DNA from: Candidatus Omnitrophota bacterium | GTDB lineage: Bacteria; Omnitrophota; Gorgyraeia; Duberdicusellales; 4484-171 | NCBI GenBank assembly: GCA_024231025.1 | Contig: JAAEQW010000006.1 | Span: 236 to 64,235, forward strand | Direction of reading: 5' to 3' | Length of the DNA stretch: 64,000 bases | Shown: positions 40,265 to 50,014 of the stretch, piece by piece | Numbering within the stretch: position 1 is the first letter of the stretch | How the letters are laid out: every line of letters starts with the position of its first letter | Translations under genes and position numbers: made by a program | Notes under the pieces: model-generated | What the model was told of the DNA's origin: nothing | What the model saw: only the letters and a program-made list of their open reading frames with translations | The model's database searches: none

Positions 40265-41767
40265 CTAAGCCTTCTCATCAATTAATTTAAAAACAATACC
40301 GTAGCGATCCTGATACATAACCTTAAAATGCGCATTATCCCTTAGCGCTTCTTGATACAACCATGTACTCCCTGCCGCATAACCAAAACGCGCACCAAAT
40401 ACATCTTTCAACACTTTATGAGGATCTTTAACTGCTCCATCCTTAAACCCCCTATACAAAGCATACGCCCCCGGACAACAATAGATAGTATAAATTGGAT
40501 CAAGCACAGAAACATAATTGTTTTTAGGGTTTAAGCATATAAAAAATGGTGAATCACTCCATAAAGCATGATACACAGTTTCGCCACTTGGAATATTATT
40601 TTTCATCCAAAGAGCTACGTTTTCATAGTGATGACCGGCCTCAATATAACCTGACATATCTTTTTTTAGCATCTGACAATTTGGATACATAGCAAAAAGG
40701 GCAGCAATAAAATAAACTATAACTCCCCGATTAATTTTAGGAGTAAATTCTTTCCACTCTACTTGGCCACGAACATCGTTTATGTAAGAAGCAAAAAAAA
40801 CAAAGAATAAAGGATTTACAACATACCAATAACGATTACTCAGCATTGCCAGAACAAAATAACAGCCAAAGCACACAAACCAAACCAAACTGGAAAAACT
40901 CACTTTAACTTTTTTCCAGAATGAAAACCATATTATCATTCCGAGACTAAAAAATACCATAAAATTACTAATAAGGGCTTGCTTTGTGGGAACCGCTATA
41001 AACTCTCGACCAAAATCAATATCGGTACCAACAAACGTGTGCCAAGGAACTAAAATGGCATTTAAATAAACTGATATTGAATTGTGCGGAAAATTAGGAT
41101 GGATTATACATCCTATTCCAAGGCCAATAATAGTTACATAAATATTTCTTTCAAAAATCTCTTTGCTATGCATATAACGTATGGCTTCACAAAAAAAGGC
41201 AAAAACTAAAACTGTAAGAAAAGATATGTGCGTAAGCGGATATATTATCGAGACGATCAAGACCCCTAGCCACTTTTTGTTAATTAAAAAATAAATAAGA
41301 AAGATCGTCAATATAATAGCTAAGATAGTTGGACGTAAATATAAAAAAAACATCGAAAATGTAGGTGAAAGTGCAGGCAACAATAAGAATAAGCCGGTTA
41401 AAAACCCCGGAATATATTTTCGCAAAATAAAAGCAAAACTTAACAAAAATAAGAAGTTAAAAAATACAACCGCATATTTGCCGGCCGTAACTATGTTATC
41501 GGTAAAATATAAAAAGGGTATTGTTGAAACATGCAGTAAAAAATCCTTGTCCGAGAAAAAATTTTTAAAAGTAGAAAATTGTGCCCAACGAAAATTCTGC
41601 AAGGGACCCGAATCCTCTATCAAGCGCGATACTGCTACATGGTAATACGCATCAAAACCGTAAAGGGTAGGCGTTAAAAACTGAAGCCAGCCAAAAAACA
41701 GCATAACGGCAAGGAAAAGTACAACTAGTATGAGGTTGGATGTAATTTTTTCTTTTAAACTAAACAT
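40265..41767 (-). CDS. Polytopic membrane protein (possible glycosyltransferase or polymerase), unassigned
   Basis: It has more than 12 hydrophobic segments. It overlaps the downstream FAD oxidase gene by 8 nt, suggesting an operon. Confidence 0.4.
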   Translation of the reverse strand: MFSLKEKITSNLILVVLFLAVMLFFGWLQFLTPTLYGFDAYYHVAVSRLIEDSGPLQNFRWAQFSTFKNFFSDKDFLLHVSTIPFLYFTDNIVTAGKYAVVFFNFLFLLSFAFILRKYIPGFLTGLFLLLPALSPTFSMFFLYLRPTILAIILTIFLIYFLINKKWLGVLIVSIIYPLTHISFLTVLVFAFFCEAIRYMHSKEIFERNIYVTIIGLGIGCIIHPNFPHNSISVYLNAILVPWHTFVGTDIDFGREFIAVPTKQALISNFMVFFSLGMIIWFSFWKKVKVSFSSLVWFVCFGCYFVLAMLSNRYWYVVNPLFFVFFASYINDVRGQVEWKEFTPKINRGVIVYFIAALFAMYPNCQMLKKDMSGYIEAGHHYENVALWMKNNIPSGETVYHALWSDSPFFICLNPKNNYVSVLDPIYTIYCCPGAYALYRGFKDGAVKDPHKVLKDVFGARFGYAAGSTWLYQEALRDNAHFKVMYQDRYGIVFKLIDEKA

Positions 41768-43253
41768 TACCGTTTATTATACTCGTAAGTAGCTCTTTTT
41801 CAAACAAATTATCTAGCCCCAAAAGGCAATTTGGATCAAAATATTTTTTCAATTTTATCATTTGTTTTATCTCATCATCACTGTACATTATTTTTAAATA
41901 ATCTCTCTTTATTTTACCTATTCCATGCTCGGCAGAAACAGTTCCGCCAAGTGCCACTGCCTTCTGGCAAAATAGCTTTAACAATTCTTTAGCTTTTGCA
42001 CTCTGCTGATCAGTTTTTGGCAAAAAATTAAAATGAAGGTGTGACTCTCCAATATGGCCAAAGTTTAAATAATGAATACCGCAATCTTGCGCCTTGTTTT
42101 TATAAAAATCGTACATTTCCATAAAATTTTCGTTCGCAACAGCAATATCGGCTGCAACCTTTACCTGGTTACTGTGGCGCAAAAACTCATTAATTTCCTG
42201 TGGCAGCCTATGCCTAAATTGAAATATCTTATCACGCAAGCGAGGGCTATCAGCAATTATGCTTTCGTCAATAGACGCGTTGCTTTCTTCAATCCAGCTA
42301 GCCAGCTTCTCCATTGCGCTATCATTTCCTTCCTGCTCAAAATATATTGCACCACTTGCCTTATTTGGAATGAAAGAATAATGCGGTTTTAAAAAATCTA
42401 AAGAATTGCCATCAAAAAACTCTAACGAAACAGGGCTGATTTCACCTTTTTCCTTTAGTAATTTAATTTTATCCGCAAATGCTATCGCGTCTTTTTCGGA
42501 CCTGAAAAAAATCAAACTATCAAATATATCTTCTGGTTCATCCTGAAGAGACAACTCCACACTAGTGATTACACCGAGTGTGCCTTCACTTCCAATAAAT
42601 AAATCGATCAAATCCATATTGTCGCAAACAAAATAACCCGCTTGCGACTTAACCGTTGGCATACTATAGGATGGTAATGTAAAATTAAAATGCTTTCCTT
42701 GATGTATAAAATCAAACACTCTGCCTCTAGCTATAAATTGACCACGTTTTATGGTGAGTTGCTCTTTTGTAGATAATACAACATCCAAGCTCATCACATA
42801 CTTTCTGATCGAACCATAACCAAAACCACGCACCCCTGAAGCCGACGTCGAAACTGCACCCGAAACGAATGCAAGCTCTTCTGTCGAAGCGGCCCTTAAA
42901 GACAGCCCGTACCTAGCAGCTTCTTGGCTAGCTTCTTGCAATGACACTCCCCCTTGAAAACAGCCGCGCCGATTGCTTTTGTCAATTTTAATTCCTTTTA
43001 GTTTCTCCAGAGATATGATTGCCCCTTCAAGCGGAACGCACCCTGCGGTAGTTCCAGTACGACCAGCAGATATGGTAAACGCCATGTTCTCTTTGACGCA
43101 TTCACCTATTGCCATTGCTACTTCTTGGGTGTTTTCGGGTATGTATAGGAGCTCGGCACTCCCCTTTAGATTAGAGGTGTCCTCTAAATAACTTTGTAAA
43201 TCGTCTCTTTTTATTATCATGAAAATTAAAAAGCAAAGTTTATGCTTGCGCAA
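41760..43253 (-). CDS. FAD-linked oxidase (FAD_binding_4 plus C-terminal oxidase domain, GlcD-like)
   Basis: The FAD-binding PCMH region is present together with the C-terminal SAEHGIGKIK motif. Confidence 0.7.
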   Translation of the reverse strand: MRKHKLCFLIFMIIKRDDLQSYLEDTSNLKGSAELLYIPENTQEVAMAIGECVKENMAFTISAGRTGTTAGCVPLEGAIISLEKLKGIKIDKSNRRGCFQGGVSLQEASQEAARYGLSLRAASTEELAFVSGAVSTSASGVRGFGYGSIRKYVMSLDVVLSTKEQLTIKRGQFIARGRVFDFIHQGKHFNFTLPSYSMPTVKSQAGYFVCDNMDLIDLFIGSEGTLGVITSVELSLQDEPEDIFDSLIFFRSEKDAIAFADKIKLLKEKGEISPVSLEFFDGNSLDFLKPHYSFIPNKASGAIYFEQEGNDSAMEKLASWIEESNASIDESIIADSPRLRDKIFQFRHRLPQEINEFLRHSNQVKVAADIAVANENFMEMYDFYKNKAQDCGIHYLNFGHIGESHLHFNFLPKTDQQSAKAKELLKLFCQKAVALGGTVSAEHGIGKIKRDYLKIMYSDDEIKQMIKLKKYFDPNCLLGLDNLFEKELLTSIINGNV

Positions 43254-43906
43254 GCAGCCTGACCGTCAAAAAATTGCCCCTCTAGATTAATCCATACTCG
43301 ATCAGACAACAAAAGATCACAACCAATAAAACCTCCAATGCTCTCAGTTAAGTCTGACATCCTGCGTTTACGCTGTTCGTCTACCCAATGGATATAATCC
43401 ACCCTTGAAGCTTTTACGCCCAAGTAGGGAACAATTTTATTGAAACTGTAAGATACAAGCAGTGAGACCTGCCAATCATCAAGTATCGCCTGGTTTTTTA
43501 CACCTTCAACGCGAATAGATGATGGATGAACACTTATGTGTTGAAAACCAAAAACAATTCCTAAATCATCTTGGTCGTACAGTTTCAAACGCAAACCATA
43601 ACCACCATCAAACGATGACGGATAATCCAACTCATCACTATCTACGGGGTGCTGCTTTATGTTGCCCCCACCACCTTTTAGGTCGATCGAAAGCCAGTCA
43701 AAAACACCATAAGAAAGAAGAAGAAAATGTTGAGTGCTTCGCAGGCTTCCCCAATTGCTCTCTAAGTCGCGATCAAAAATAATATGAGTTTGACCTCCAA
43801 TAAACCATTGCCCCGACTGCGGCATTTTAGGGCCATAACAAGGCGCGCCATAACCAGCTAGCGCTACAAAGCAAATCATAAAAAAGAATAACAACGTTTT
43901 ACGCAT
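43226..43906 (-). CDS. Outer-membrane beta-barrel protein
   Basis: It has a signal peptide, alternating amphipathic strands, and a C-terminal aromatic residue (…INFAF). Confidence 0.55.
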   Translation of the reverse strand: MRKTLLFFFMICFVALAGYGAPCYGPKMPQSGQWFIGGQTHIIFDRDLESNWGSLRSTQHFLLLSYGVFDWLSIDLKGGGGNIKQHPVDSDELDYPSSFDGGYGLRLKLYDQDDLGIVFGFQHISVHPSSIRVEGVKNQAILDDWQVSLLVSYSFNKIVPYLGVKASRVDYIHWVDEQRKRRMSDLTESIGGFIGCDLLLSDRVWINLEGQFFDGQAACASINFAF

Positions 43907-44074
43907 TTTAACTCCTCATGAAATTGTTATCGTCAAAAACTACAATACACAAACCAAAAGCAAATCACAATTCCAAATAACCAAATACCAAACAAAATAA
44001 AATGCTATTGTTTTGTTCATTGGATTTTTGGTAATTAGCTATTGTTTGTGATTTGGGATTTGTTATTTGGTATT

Positions 44075-44884
44075 TCATCTCTTTACCTCATATATATCAC
44101 GTATGTTAAAAACCGGACCGTCCTTACAAACTTTTTTATAGCCTGATTTAGTGTCAATCGTACACCCGCAACAAGTGCCTAAACCACACCCCATAAATTG
44201 TTCAAATGATACTTGGCACTTTATATTTGGATATCCCTTTAGTGCCTTACTTACCCCTCGAAACATCACCTCCGGACCACAAACATATATATTGCTATTA
44301 AATTGTTCGTAGGGGCAGGTTTTAACCTGCCCTTTAATGCGATCATTCAATAGATTGACAACAGTTCCTTTTACACCTTGGCTGCCGTCATCGGTTGCAA
44401 CTAAAACAGAGCAACCAATTTGTTTTAATTCCCAACTACATAAAAGCTCTTTTTTTGTTTTCGCTCCCAAAATCACTTCTACATGGGCCTTATGATTTTG
44501 CCTTAATCGTTTAGCCAAAAACACCAGCGGAGCAACACCAATGCCACCAGCAATTAAAATATTTTTTTTAGCGTTGCCAACTGCAAAGCCATTGCCCAAT
44601 GGGCCGATAACATCTAGCGGTGACCCTTTCTTATATTCGGAAAGGATTTTTGTTCCCTTTCCCCTTACACGAAATAAAACATAAATTGTATTTTTATCTA
44701 TTTTATGGATACTAAAAGGCCGACGTAAAATAGTAGGTGGTATTTTTATATTTATAAAATTTCCCGGAAGAGATTTTTTCGCAAGATACAAAGAAGTAAA
44801 AGAAAGAAGAAATACATCACTCTTTACTTTTTTAATTTCTTTAACTTTTAACTGTTCGTATTTCATTGGTGAAATCAAGGACAA
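44075..44884 (-). CDS. FAD/NAD(P)-binding oxidoreductase with C-terminal 2Fe-2S cluster (PyrK-like electron-transfer subunit)
   Basis: The motifs GPLGNGF, AGGIGVAPL and the C-terminal CGLGTCCGC are present. Confidence 0.7.
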   Translation of the reverse strand: MSLISPMKYEQLKVKEIKKVKSDVFLLSFTSLYLAKKSLPGNFINIKIPPTILRRPFSIHKIDKNTIYVLFRVRGKGTKILSEYKKGSPLDVIGPLGNGFAVGNAKKNILIAGGIGVAPLVFLAKRLRQNHKAHVEVILGAKTKKELLCSWELKQIGCSVLVATDDGSQGVKGTVVNLLNDRIKGQVKTCPYEQFNSNIYVCGPEVMFRGVSKALKGYPNIKCQVSFEQFMGCGLGTCCGCTIDTKSGYKKVCKDGPVFNIRDIYEVKR

Positions 44885-45258
44885 TTTCCATTCTGCACCG
44901 GTGCATTACCATTAAAAAAATAATCATATCTGCAACCAGCATAAGGAGCTGTTGTTTTGCGCACTCTGCAATATGTGGTAGTGCATAAATATTGCCAGCC
45001 GTTAGGAGGATTTGCATCAACACCTAAAACATCACTACAGCTAGGACGTGGGCCGTAGCCGCATCTTACACCAGTACTGGTGTTTTCTTCTGCCTGCATT
45101 ACCTTATTAGCGTTATATATAACTTCTAATTTTCCACGCGCTTCATTCAATATGACTCTTTGGCGAGTTTTTTGAAAATTTATTAAGCCAACAGTAGCAA
45201 TCACCCCAACAATAATAGTTACAATGGAGATTTCTAACAAAGAAAAAGATTTTTTCAT
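44875..45258 (-). CDS. Prepilin-type N-terminal domain protein (type IV pilin or pseudopilin)
   Basis: The N-terminal segment MKKSFSLLEISIVTIIVGVIATV is pilin-like. Confidence 0.6.
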   Translation of the reverse strand: MKKSFSLLEISIVTIIVGVIATVGLINFQKTRQRVILNEARGKLEVIYNANKVMQAEENTSTGVRCGYGPRPSCSDVLGVDANPPNGWQYLCTTTYCRVRKTTAPYAGCRYDYFFNGNAPVQNGNCP

Positions 45259-46211
45259 TCGCCGCCTCCTGTTATTCTTACTATAAAATCATCAACTTTT
45301 TGCAACTGCTCAGCATTATCATCGTTGCCGTACAACTCTTTTGCTTTTTCAAGCGCCGGTAAGGCTTTATTGAAATCGGCCACAACGCTATTTTCCCTGG
45401 CTTTTGTAGTCTCCCAAGAGGCAATTGTAGTTCCAAGAAAAAAATAAGCATCAGCGTAATAAGGATTTATTGAGATTGCAGCTTTAAAGGATTCTATTGC
45501 TTTTTGCCAATCCCCAATACGTCCATAAGTCATGCCGAGGAAGTGATAAACTTTATCATTATTAGGATTAATGTTCACCACTTTTTCATACCACTTTGCC
45601 GCTAAATCATATTCCTCCATCATTTGGTAACACAAACCCATTTCGGTAAGTGCCAATACGTTATTAGGTTCAATATCAATTGCTTTTTGCAGGAAATTAA
45701 TTGAATCAGGATACTTAACAACAAAGCGATAAGCCAACCCAAGACCTATGTAGGCATTTACGTATTTATCATCAATAGTCAAAGCCTTTTTATACCATTC
45801 GATTGCGTCATCGTAACTCCCTAGCATAAAATAAGTGCTTGCAACATTATACATAGCTTTTGAATCGATAGGATTAATATCAACTGCTTTTTTTAATATC
45901 TCTATCGCTTCCCAATAACGCTGCTGACTTATAAATTTTAACCCTTCACTAAATTCTTTATCATTGCTAGCGGTTTTCTCTTCGATTAATAAATCAGAAG
46001 CAGGAGCATCTTCATTAATAGCGGCAATATCTTCCAGATAATACTTAAGGGGAACACCATTGAAATTAACTCTTATATACTCGCTAGTTCGCTCAATTAT
46101 GGCCCCGTTTAAAACTTTACCATTTTTAAGATGAATCGTCTGTGAAAAGACCGCTTGCGCAAAAACACTAAAAAATATCACTAAAAAATACTTCACTTTA
46201 TTGTTTACCAT
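45255..46211 (-). CDS. Secreted TPR repeat protein carrying the shared 40-aa N-terminal module
   Basis: A signal peptide is followed by TIHLKNGKVLNGAIIERTSEYIRVNFNGVPLKYYLEDI and then TPR repeats. Confidence 0.6.
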   Translation of the reverse strand: MVNNKVKYFLVIFFSVFAQAVFSQTIHLKNGKVLNGAIIERTSEYIRVNFNGVPLKYYLEDIAAINEDAPASDLLIEEKTASNDKEFSEGLKFISQQRYWEAIEILKKAVDINPIDSKAMYNVASTYFMLGSYDDAIEWYKKALTIDDKYVNAYIGLGLAYRFVVKYPDSINFLQKAIDIEPNNVLALTEMGLCYQMMEEYDLAAKWYEKVVNINPNNDKVYHFLGMTYGRIGDWQKAIESFKAAISINPYYADAYFFLGTTIASWETTKARENSVVADFNKALPALEKAKELYGNDDNAEQLQKVDDFIVRITGGGE

Positions 46212-46228
46212 AAAAAATTAGAGTTTTA

Positions 46229-46414
46229 CTATGAGTTAAAAAAATGCAAAAAAGTAAATTTATTAATCTCTTCCAAATTTTCGTTAGAAATGTCGACTAT
46301 TTTAACACCAACATCGTAGCGGCTACGATCCGCATCACCCATCGATATTTTTTCTACCCAAATAATTTCACATTTTAAATCAACCGTTTTTCTGGAAGGT
46401 ATTTTGATCTGCAA
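46229..46414 (-). CDS. PilZ-domain protein; the frame is open upstream to ~46550 without a canonical start
   Basis: The C-terminal part IKIPSRKTVDLKCEIIWVE...DVGVKIVDISNEN is PilZ-like. The in-frame upstream extension adds an RRKTKR motif. The listed start is a TTG. Confidence 0.4.
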   Translation of the reverse strand: MQIKIPSRKTVDLKCEIIWVEKISMGDADRSRYDVGVKIVDISNENLEEINKFTFLHFFNS

Positions 46415-46667
46415 ACGTATTTTATCGTTAATATTAAGCTCTATATAAGAAGAAAAGCATGCTCCGGCGGTGGAAATATTCTTAATAATTGCCGGATAGC
46501 CAGGAGTACCCTCAGGATTAGCCGTAAATTTCTTCCATTGCGCTACAGCACTTAGTTTTATTCTTTTAGTTTTTCTACGTTCTGTGATATTTTACCTCCG
46601 ATTTATTCAACCATATAATTCTATACGCTCTTTGCTTAATATGCAAGAAAAACCAATAACATTACAA

Positions 46668-47396
46668 CTAATGCGAATTGAAAACGCTCATCAGATCCTT
46701 CAATCCGCCAGAACAAGAATCAACATCAGTGATTACTTTTTCAAAATCCAATGAATTATCATAATCGCATATCATTTTTTTACCTTCTAACTCAGGCTTC
46801 ATTGCCTTTACAGCCTTTACGCTCACTTTGCAGCCATTATCAGTTGGACCGATTATCGCACAATCAAAAACCATCGCACCATTCATGAAATCCATTTGAT
46901 AATTTGCCGGTATACATCGCTTAAATTTCCTTTTAAATGCTAGGAATTTTGGAGATTGAGTATCAATAGGGGTATTACTTTTCTTATTCCCCGCCACTGG
47001 CATCGCAACTGATTTTCGTTTTTTGAATCGTTTTTTGATATCCTCTCGAATTTTGCTCTTCTTTTCAACTTTACTCACACCAAAAATACTAGCTAACACC
47101 TCTTGGAACTGATCGCCTGATAGTGGCCCATCGCTGCCCTCTTGATACATTTGGCCTTGCTCATCGGAATTAACTTCTTCTTGGAGGTATTCAATCTCAT
47201 CAAGGTAGTATGTTAATACCACACCTTCTAAATCTACTTGGATGGACTCATTAGTTCTTGAAATTATTTCACCTTCAACAACCCCTCCAGATTTCAAATA
47301 TATTTTTTCTGCCAATACATTGCCAGTCAAACAAAAAATAAAAAGCATAAAACCAATACTTCTCAATGTAGATAATTTATTGTTTAGTCTAAGCAT
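46668..47396 (-). CDS. Secreted hypothetical protein with the shared N-terminal module
   Basis: A signal peptide is followed by KIYLKSGGVVEGEIISRTNESIQVDLEGVVLTYYLDEI. Confidence 0.45.
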   Translation of the reverse strand: MLRLNNKLSTLRSIGFMLFIFCLTGNVLAEKIYLKSGGVVEGEIISRTNESIQVDLEGVVLTYYLDEIEYLQEEVNSDEQGQMYQEGSDGPLSGDQFQEVLASIFGVSKVEKKSKIREDIKKRFKKRKSVAMPVAGNKKSNTPIDTQSPKFLAFKRKFKRCIPANYQMDFMNGAMVFDCAIIGPTDNGCKVSVKAVKAMKPELEGKKMICDYDNSLDFEKVITDVDSCSGGLKDLMSVFNSH

Positions 47397-48283
47397 ATTT
47401 CTTGGAATTTGCAGTTTTTACAACGCCAGCTATCTTCTGCTTTTGGGCACAGCTTGGCGTCGATTTTATTATTTTTTACATCTAGAAGAACTGCTCTCAT
47501 CTCTGCTAAGCTACCTCTAATATGCGTCTTTACGATATCAATATTTACTGGCATTACTGCATCAGTCGAAAAACCTTTTTGGGTTAAGTATATCGGAATA
47601 ATATTAACGTCCTCTGGATCTAGCCCCCATTTACTAACTGCATACAGCACATAGCAAGACAGCTGCAGCACATCCTTCTCGGATGGTTTTCCTGTTTTCC
47701 AATCATACAGGCAATACTTATTTGTTTTTATCGCAAGATCCGGAATAGCAAAAGTTTTTACTCCTTCAAAATTAAAACTATCTAATTCGTCAATTGTTAA
47801 AAAATTTTCTTTTTCAAGCTTAGAAAAATTATCGATCAATCCGGAATTATAAAAATTATAAATACTTTCCACAGCTTTGCGAATTCTACGAGATAGTTCT
47901 TCCCGTGTGGGTTCGCGCTTATAATAATGTTCAAGCAAATTAAGATTATTCTTAATATTTTTTTCCCAAGCAGAACTACGTGATTGCTCCCATGTCTTTA
48001 CTAGCTGGTGCTTTATTGTATTGCGCGCCTGATCAAGAGTAACCCCTTCACCATTAAGCATGGTTCTCAAAATCCATTTAATGGCTTGATGCACGATGTC
48101 GCCTATCCAGGCATCCATATTGCGAACGTTTTTTAAGATATATGCTTTACGAGCCAATTCGTCTGAGTTTCTTTCCCAACCCCCCCATGAAGCATAATAT
48201 TGATAATAATATGCTCGACGGCACTCATTAAAAAGGCGTCCACGAGAAAATGACCAAGTTAATACGTTTTTTAATTTACCCAT
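47384..48283 (-). CDS. PD-(D/E)XK nuclease of the Cas4/RecB-like family with a 4-Cys Fe-S signature
   Basis: The N-terminus reads SFSRGRLFNECRRAYYYQYY (one Cys) and the C-terminus reads CPKAEDSWRCKNCKFQEIC (C-x2-C-x5-C). No CRISPR array or other cas genes are nearby. Confidence 0.55.
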   Translation of the reverse strand: MGKLKNVLTWSFSRGRLFNECRRAYYYQYYASWGGWERNSDELARKAYILKNVRNMDAWIGDIVHQAIKWILRTMLNGEGVTLDQARNTIKHQLVKTWEQSRSSAWEKNIKNNLNLLEHYYKREPTREELSRRIRKAVESIYNFYNSGLIDNFSKLEKENFLTIDELDSFNFEGVKTFAIPDLAIKTNKYCLYDWKTGKPSEKDVLQLSCYVLYAVSKWGLDPEDVNIIPIYLTQKGFSTDAVMPVNIDIVKTHIRGSLAEMRAVLLDVKNNKIDAKLCPKAEDSWRCKNCKFQEICLD

Positions 48284-48299
48284 ATGGTTTTAAATTATT

Positions 48300-49289
48300 C
48301 TAGCAAATTTTCAGAAAGTTGCAATTTATACATTTACAACTGAATTCTTCAATTAAATCAATCATATTTTGCCGAGACTTAGTTTTGGCCACTTTCGCTC
48401 GCAATGGTTTTGCTCCAGCGAACCCTCGCGTATACCAAATAAAAAACTTTGAAAATTTTATTATTCCGCTTCTTTCGCCGTAAAAATCAATAGACAAATC
48501 GAGATGCACTATCATAATTTTTACGATATCGTCTATGCTGGGGCGATTTATGATTTCTCCGCTTTTTAAAAACTCTTTTATCTGACCAGTCAACCAGGGG
48601 TTTCCCAAAACCCCTCGTGCAAGCAACAAGCCGTCACAACCTGTTTCATCAAACATTTTTTTAGCTAATTTAACACTTAAAATATCACCACTTGCAATTA
48701 CAGGTATTGACAACGCATCTTTAATTTTTTTTATTGCCAAATAATCCACACCTCCTCGGTACCCTTGCTCTTTTGTTCGACCGTGCACAAAAAGAGCAGA
48801 TATTCCGGCATCTTGAGCACGCAAAGCTATATCAACCGCCGACCGGCTATCATCCCAGCCGATTCGTATTTTTGCGGTAACCGCAACCTCTGACTTTTTT
48901 ACCATTAGCTCAAGCAAGCTCTGTAACTTTTTAGGATCTTTCAATAAAGCGGCCCCTTTACCTCTGGCAGCTACTTTTTTTTGCGGGCAAGCAGCATTGA
49001 AATCTAGAATATCAAACTCATATCCACCAAGTAAATCAATTGCCTTAGCAAGATCATCTAAATCATTAGAAAGTAATTGTATTCCCCACGGGCGGTCACC
49101 GGGTGCAGTTCGTAACATTTTTTTAGTTCGCTTGCTAGCATACACCATTGAGCGTGCACAAATCATTTCTGAAAATGCGAGAGTACAACCAAATTGACGA
49201 TTTAAAATCCGAAACGGAAGTGAACTGATTCCTGCCAATGGCGCAAGGACTAAAGGATCGGGTAAGGAAAGGGTACCTATTTTTAACAT
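48300..49289 (-). CDS. dusB: tRNA-dihydrouridine synthase
   Basis: LAPLAGISSLPFRILNRQFGCTLAFSEM and the TIM-barrel FMN motifs identify a Dus enzyme. Confidence 0.8.
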   Translation of the reverse strand: MLKIGTLSLPDPLVLAPLAGISSLPFRILNRQFGCTLAFSEMICARSMVYASKRTKKMLRTAPGDRPWGIQLLSNDLDDLAKAIDLLGGYEFDILDFNAACPQKKVAARGKGAALLKDPKKLQSLLELMVKKSEVAVTAKIRIGWDDSRSAVDIALRAQDAGISALFVHGRTKEQGYRGGVDYLAIKKIKDALSIPVIASGDILSVKLAKKMFDETGCDGLLLARGVLGNPWLTGQIKEFLKSGEIINRPSIDDIVKIMIVHLDLSIDFYGERSGIIKFSKFFIWYTRGFAGAKPLRAKVAKTKSRQNMIDLIEEFSCKCINCNFLKIC

Positions 49290-49330
49290 AGCACAGGTGC
49301 GAAAGCATCATTCATAATCACAAATAACAG

Positions 49331-50002
49331 CTACTTTACTTTTATAGCCATAACTTTAATAGAATCTGCGGCGTCTTCTATCTTATCGGTAATTCCTTCA
49401 AGATATTCAGCTAAATGGTAGACAACCATAAGTTTACCAGCCGGAAGATCAGAATTTACTATAATCCCGATAAGGGTATTTTTCTGATCATCAGCCTTGC
49501 TCTCCAGTTCATCCACTTCATGACAATCTTTAATTGCTTGCTTAGCTTCATTGTTAAGCAAAGCACCAATAGCATCTTTTAGTTTGGATATTGAATCAAA
49601 GATAATTTGTGTCGCAATCGTAATATTATCCATTAACTTTTCAGGTAACGGTTTATCTAAAAAACCAAGCAAACGCGCTGAACCATTGGTCCAATCAGCA
49701 ATTCGATCAAGCGTCTTAATAAAGTGCATAAGATCTTCTCGGTCGTGAGGAAGAAGCGGACTTTCTGAAAGCATATCTATCATTTTAGAGCGTATACCAT
49801 CGGCTTCTTTTTCATTTTTACGCACTTCTGCAATAAATTTTACTTTCGCCGCGCTATCACCTTCAATATAGGCAGAAATCGCATTCTTGAAATTTACTAC
49901 TGTTTGATAAGTCACATCAACATGCGTTTTAGCATCTTTAAGTAGCGCCTCTTCTTGTTTCATTCCTAGCCAACCAAATATATTTCTTGATTCTGTAGAC
50001 AT
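49331..50002 (-). CDS. DUF47/PhoU-like phosphate transport regulator
   Basis: It is a helical ~220-aa protein immediately upstream of the PiT transporter, which is the known pairing. Confidence 0.6.
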   Translation of the reverse strand: MSTESRNIFGWLGMKQEEALLKDAKTHVDVTYQTVVNFKNAISAYIEGDSAAKVKFIAEVRKNEKEADGIRSKMIDMLSESPLLPHDREDLMHFIKTLDRIADWTNGSARLLGFLDKPLPEKLMDNITIATQIIFDSISKLKDAIGALLNNEAKQAIKDCHEVDELESKADDQKNTLIGIIVNSDLPAGKLMVVYHLAEYLEGITDKIEDAADSIKVMAIKVK

Positions 50003-50014
50003 ATTCGCCTCCTT

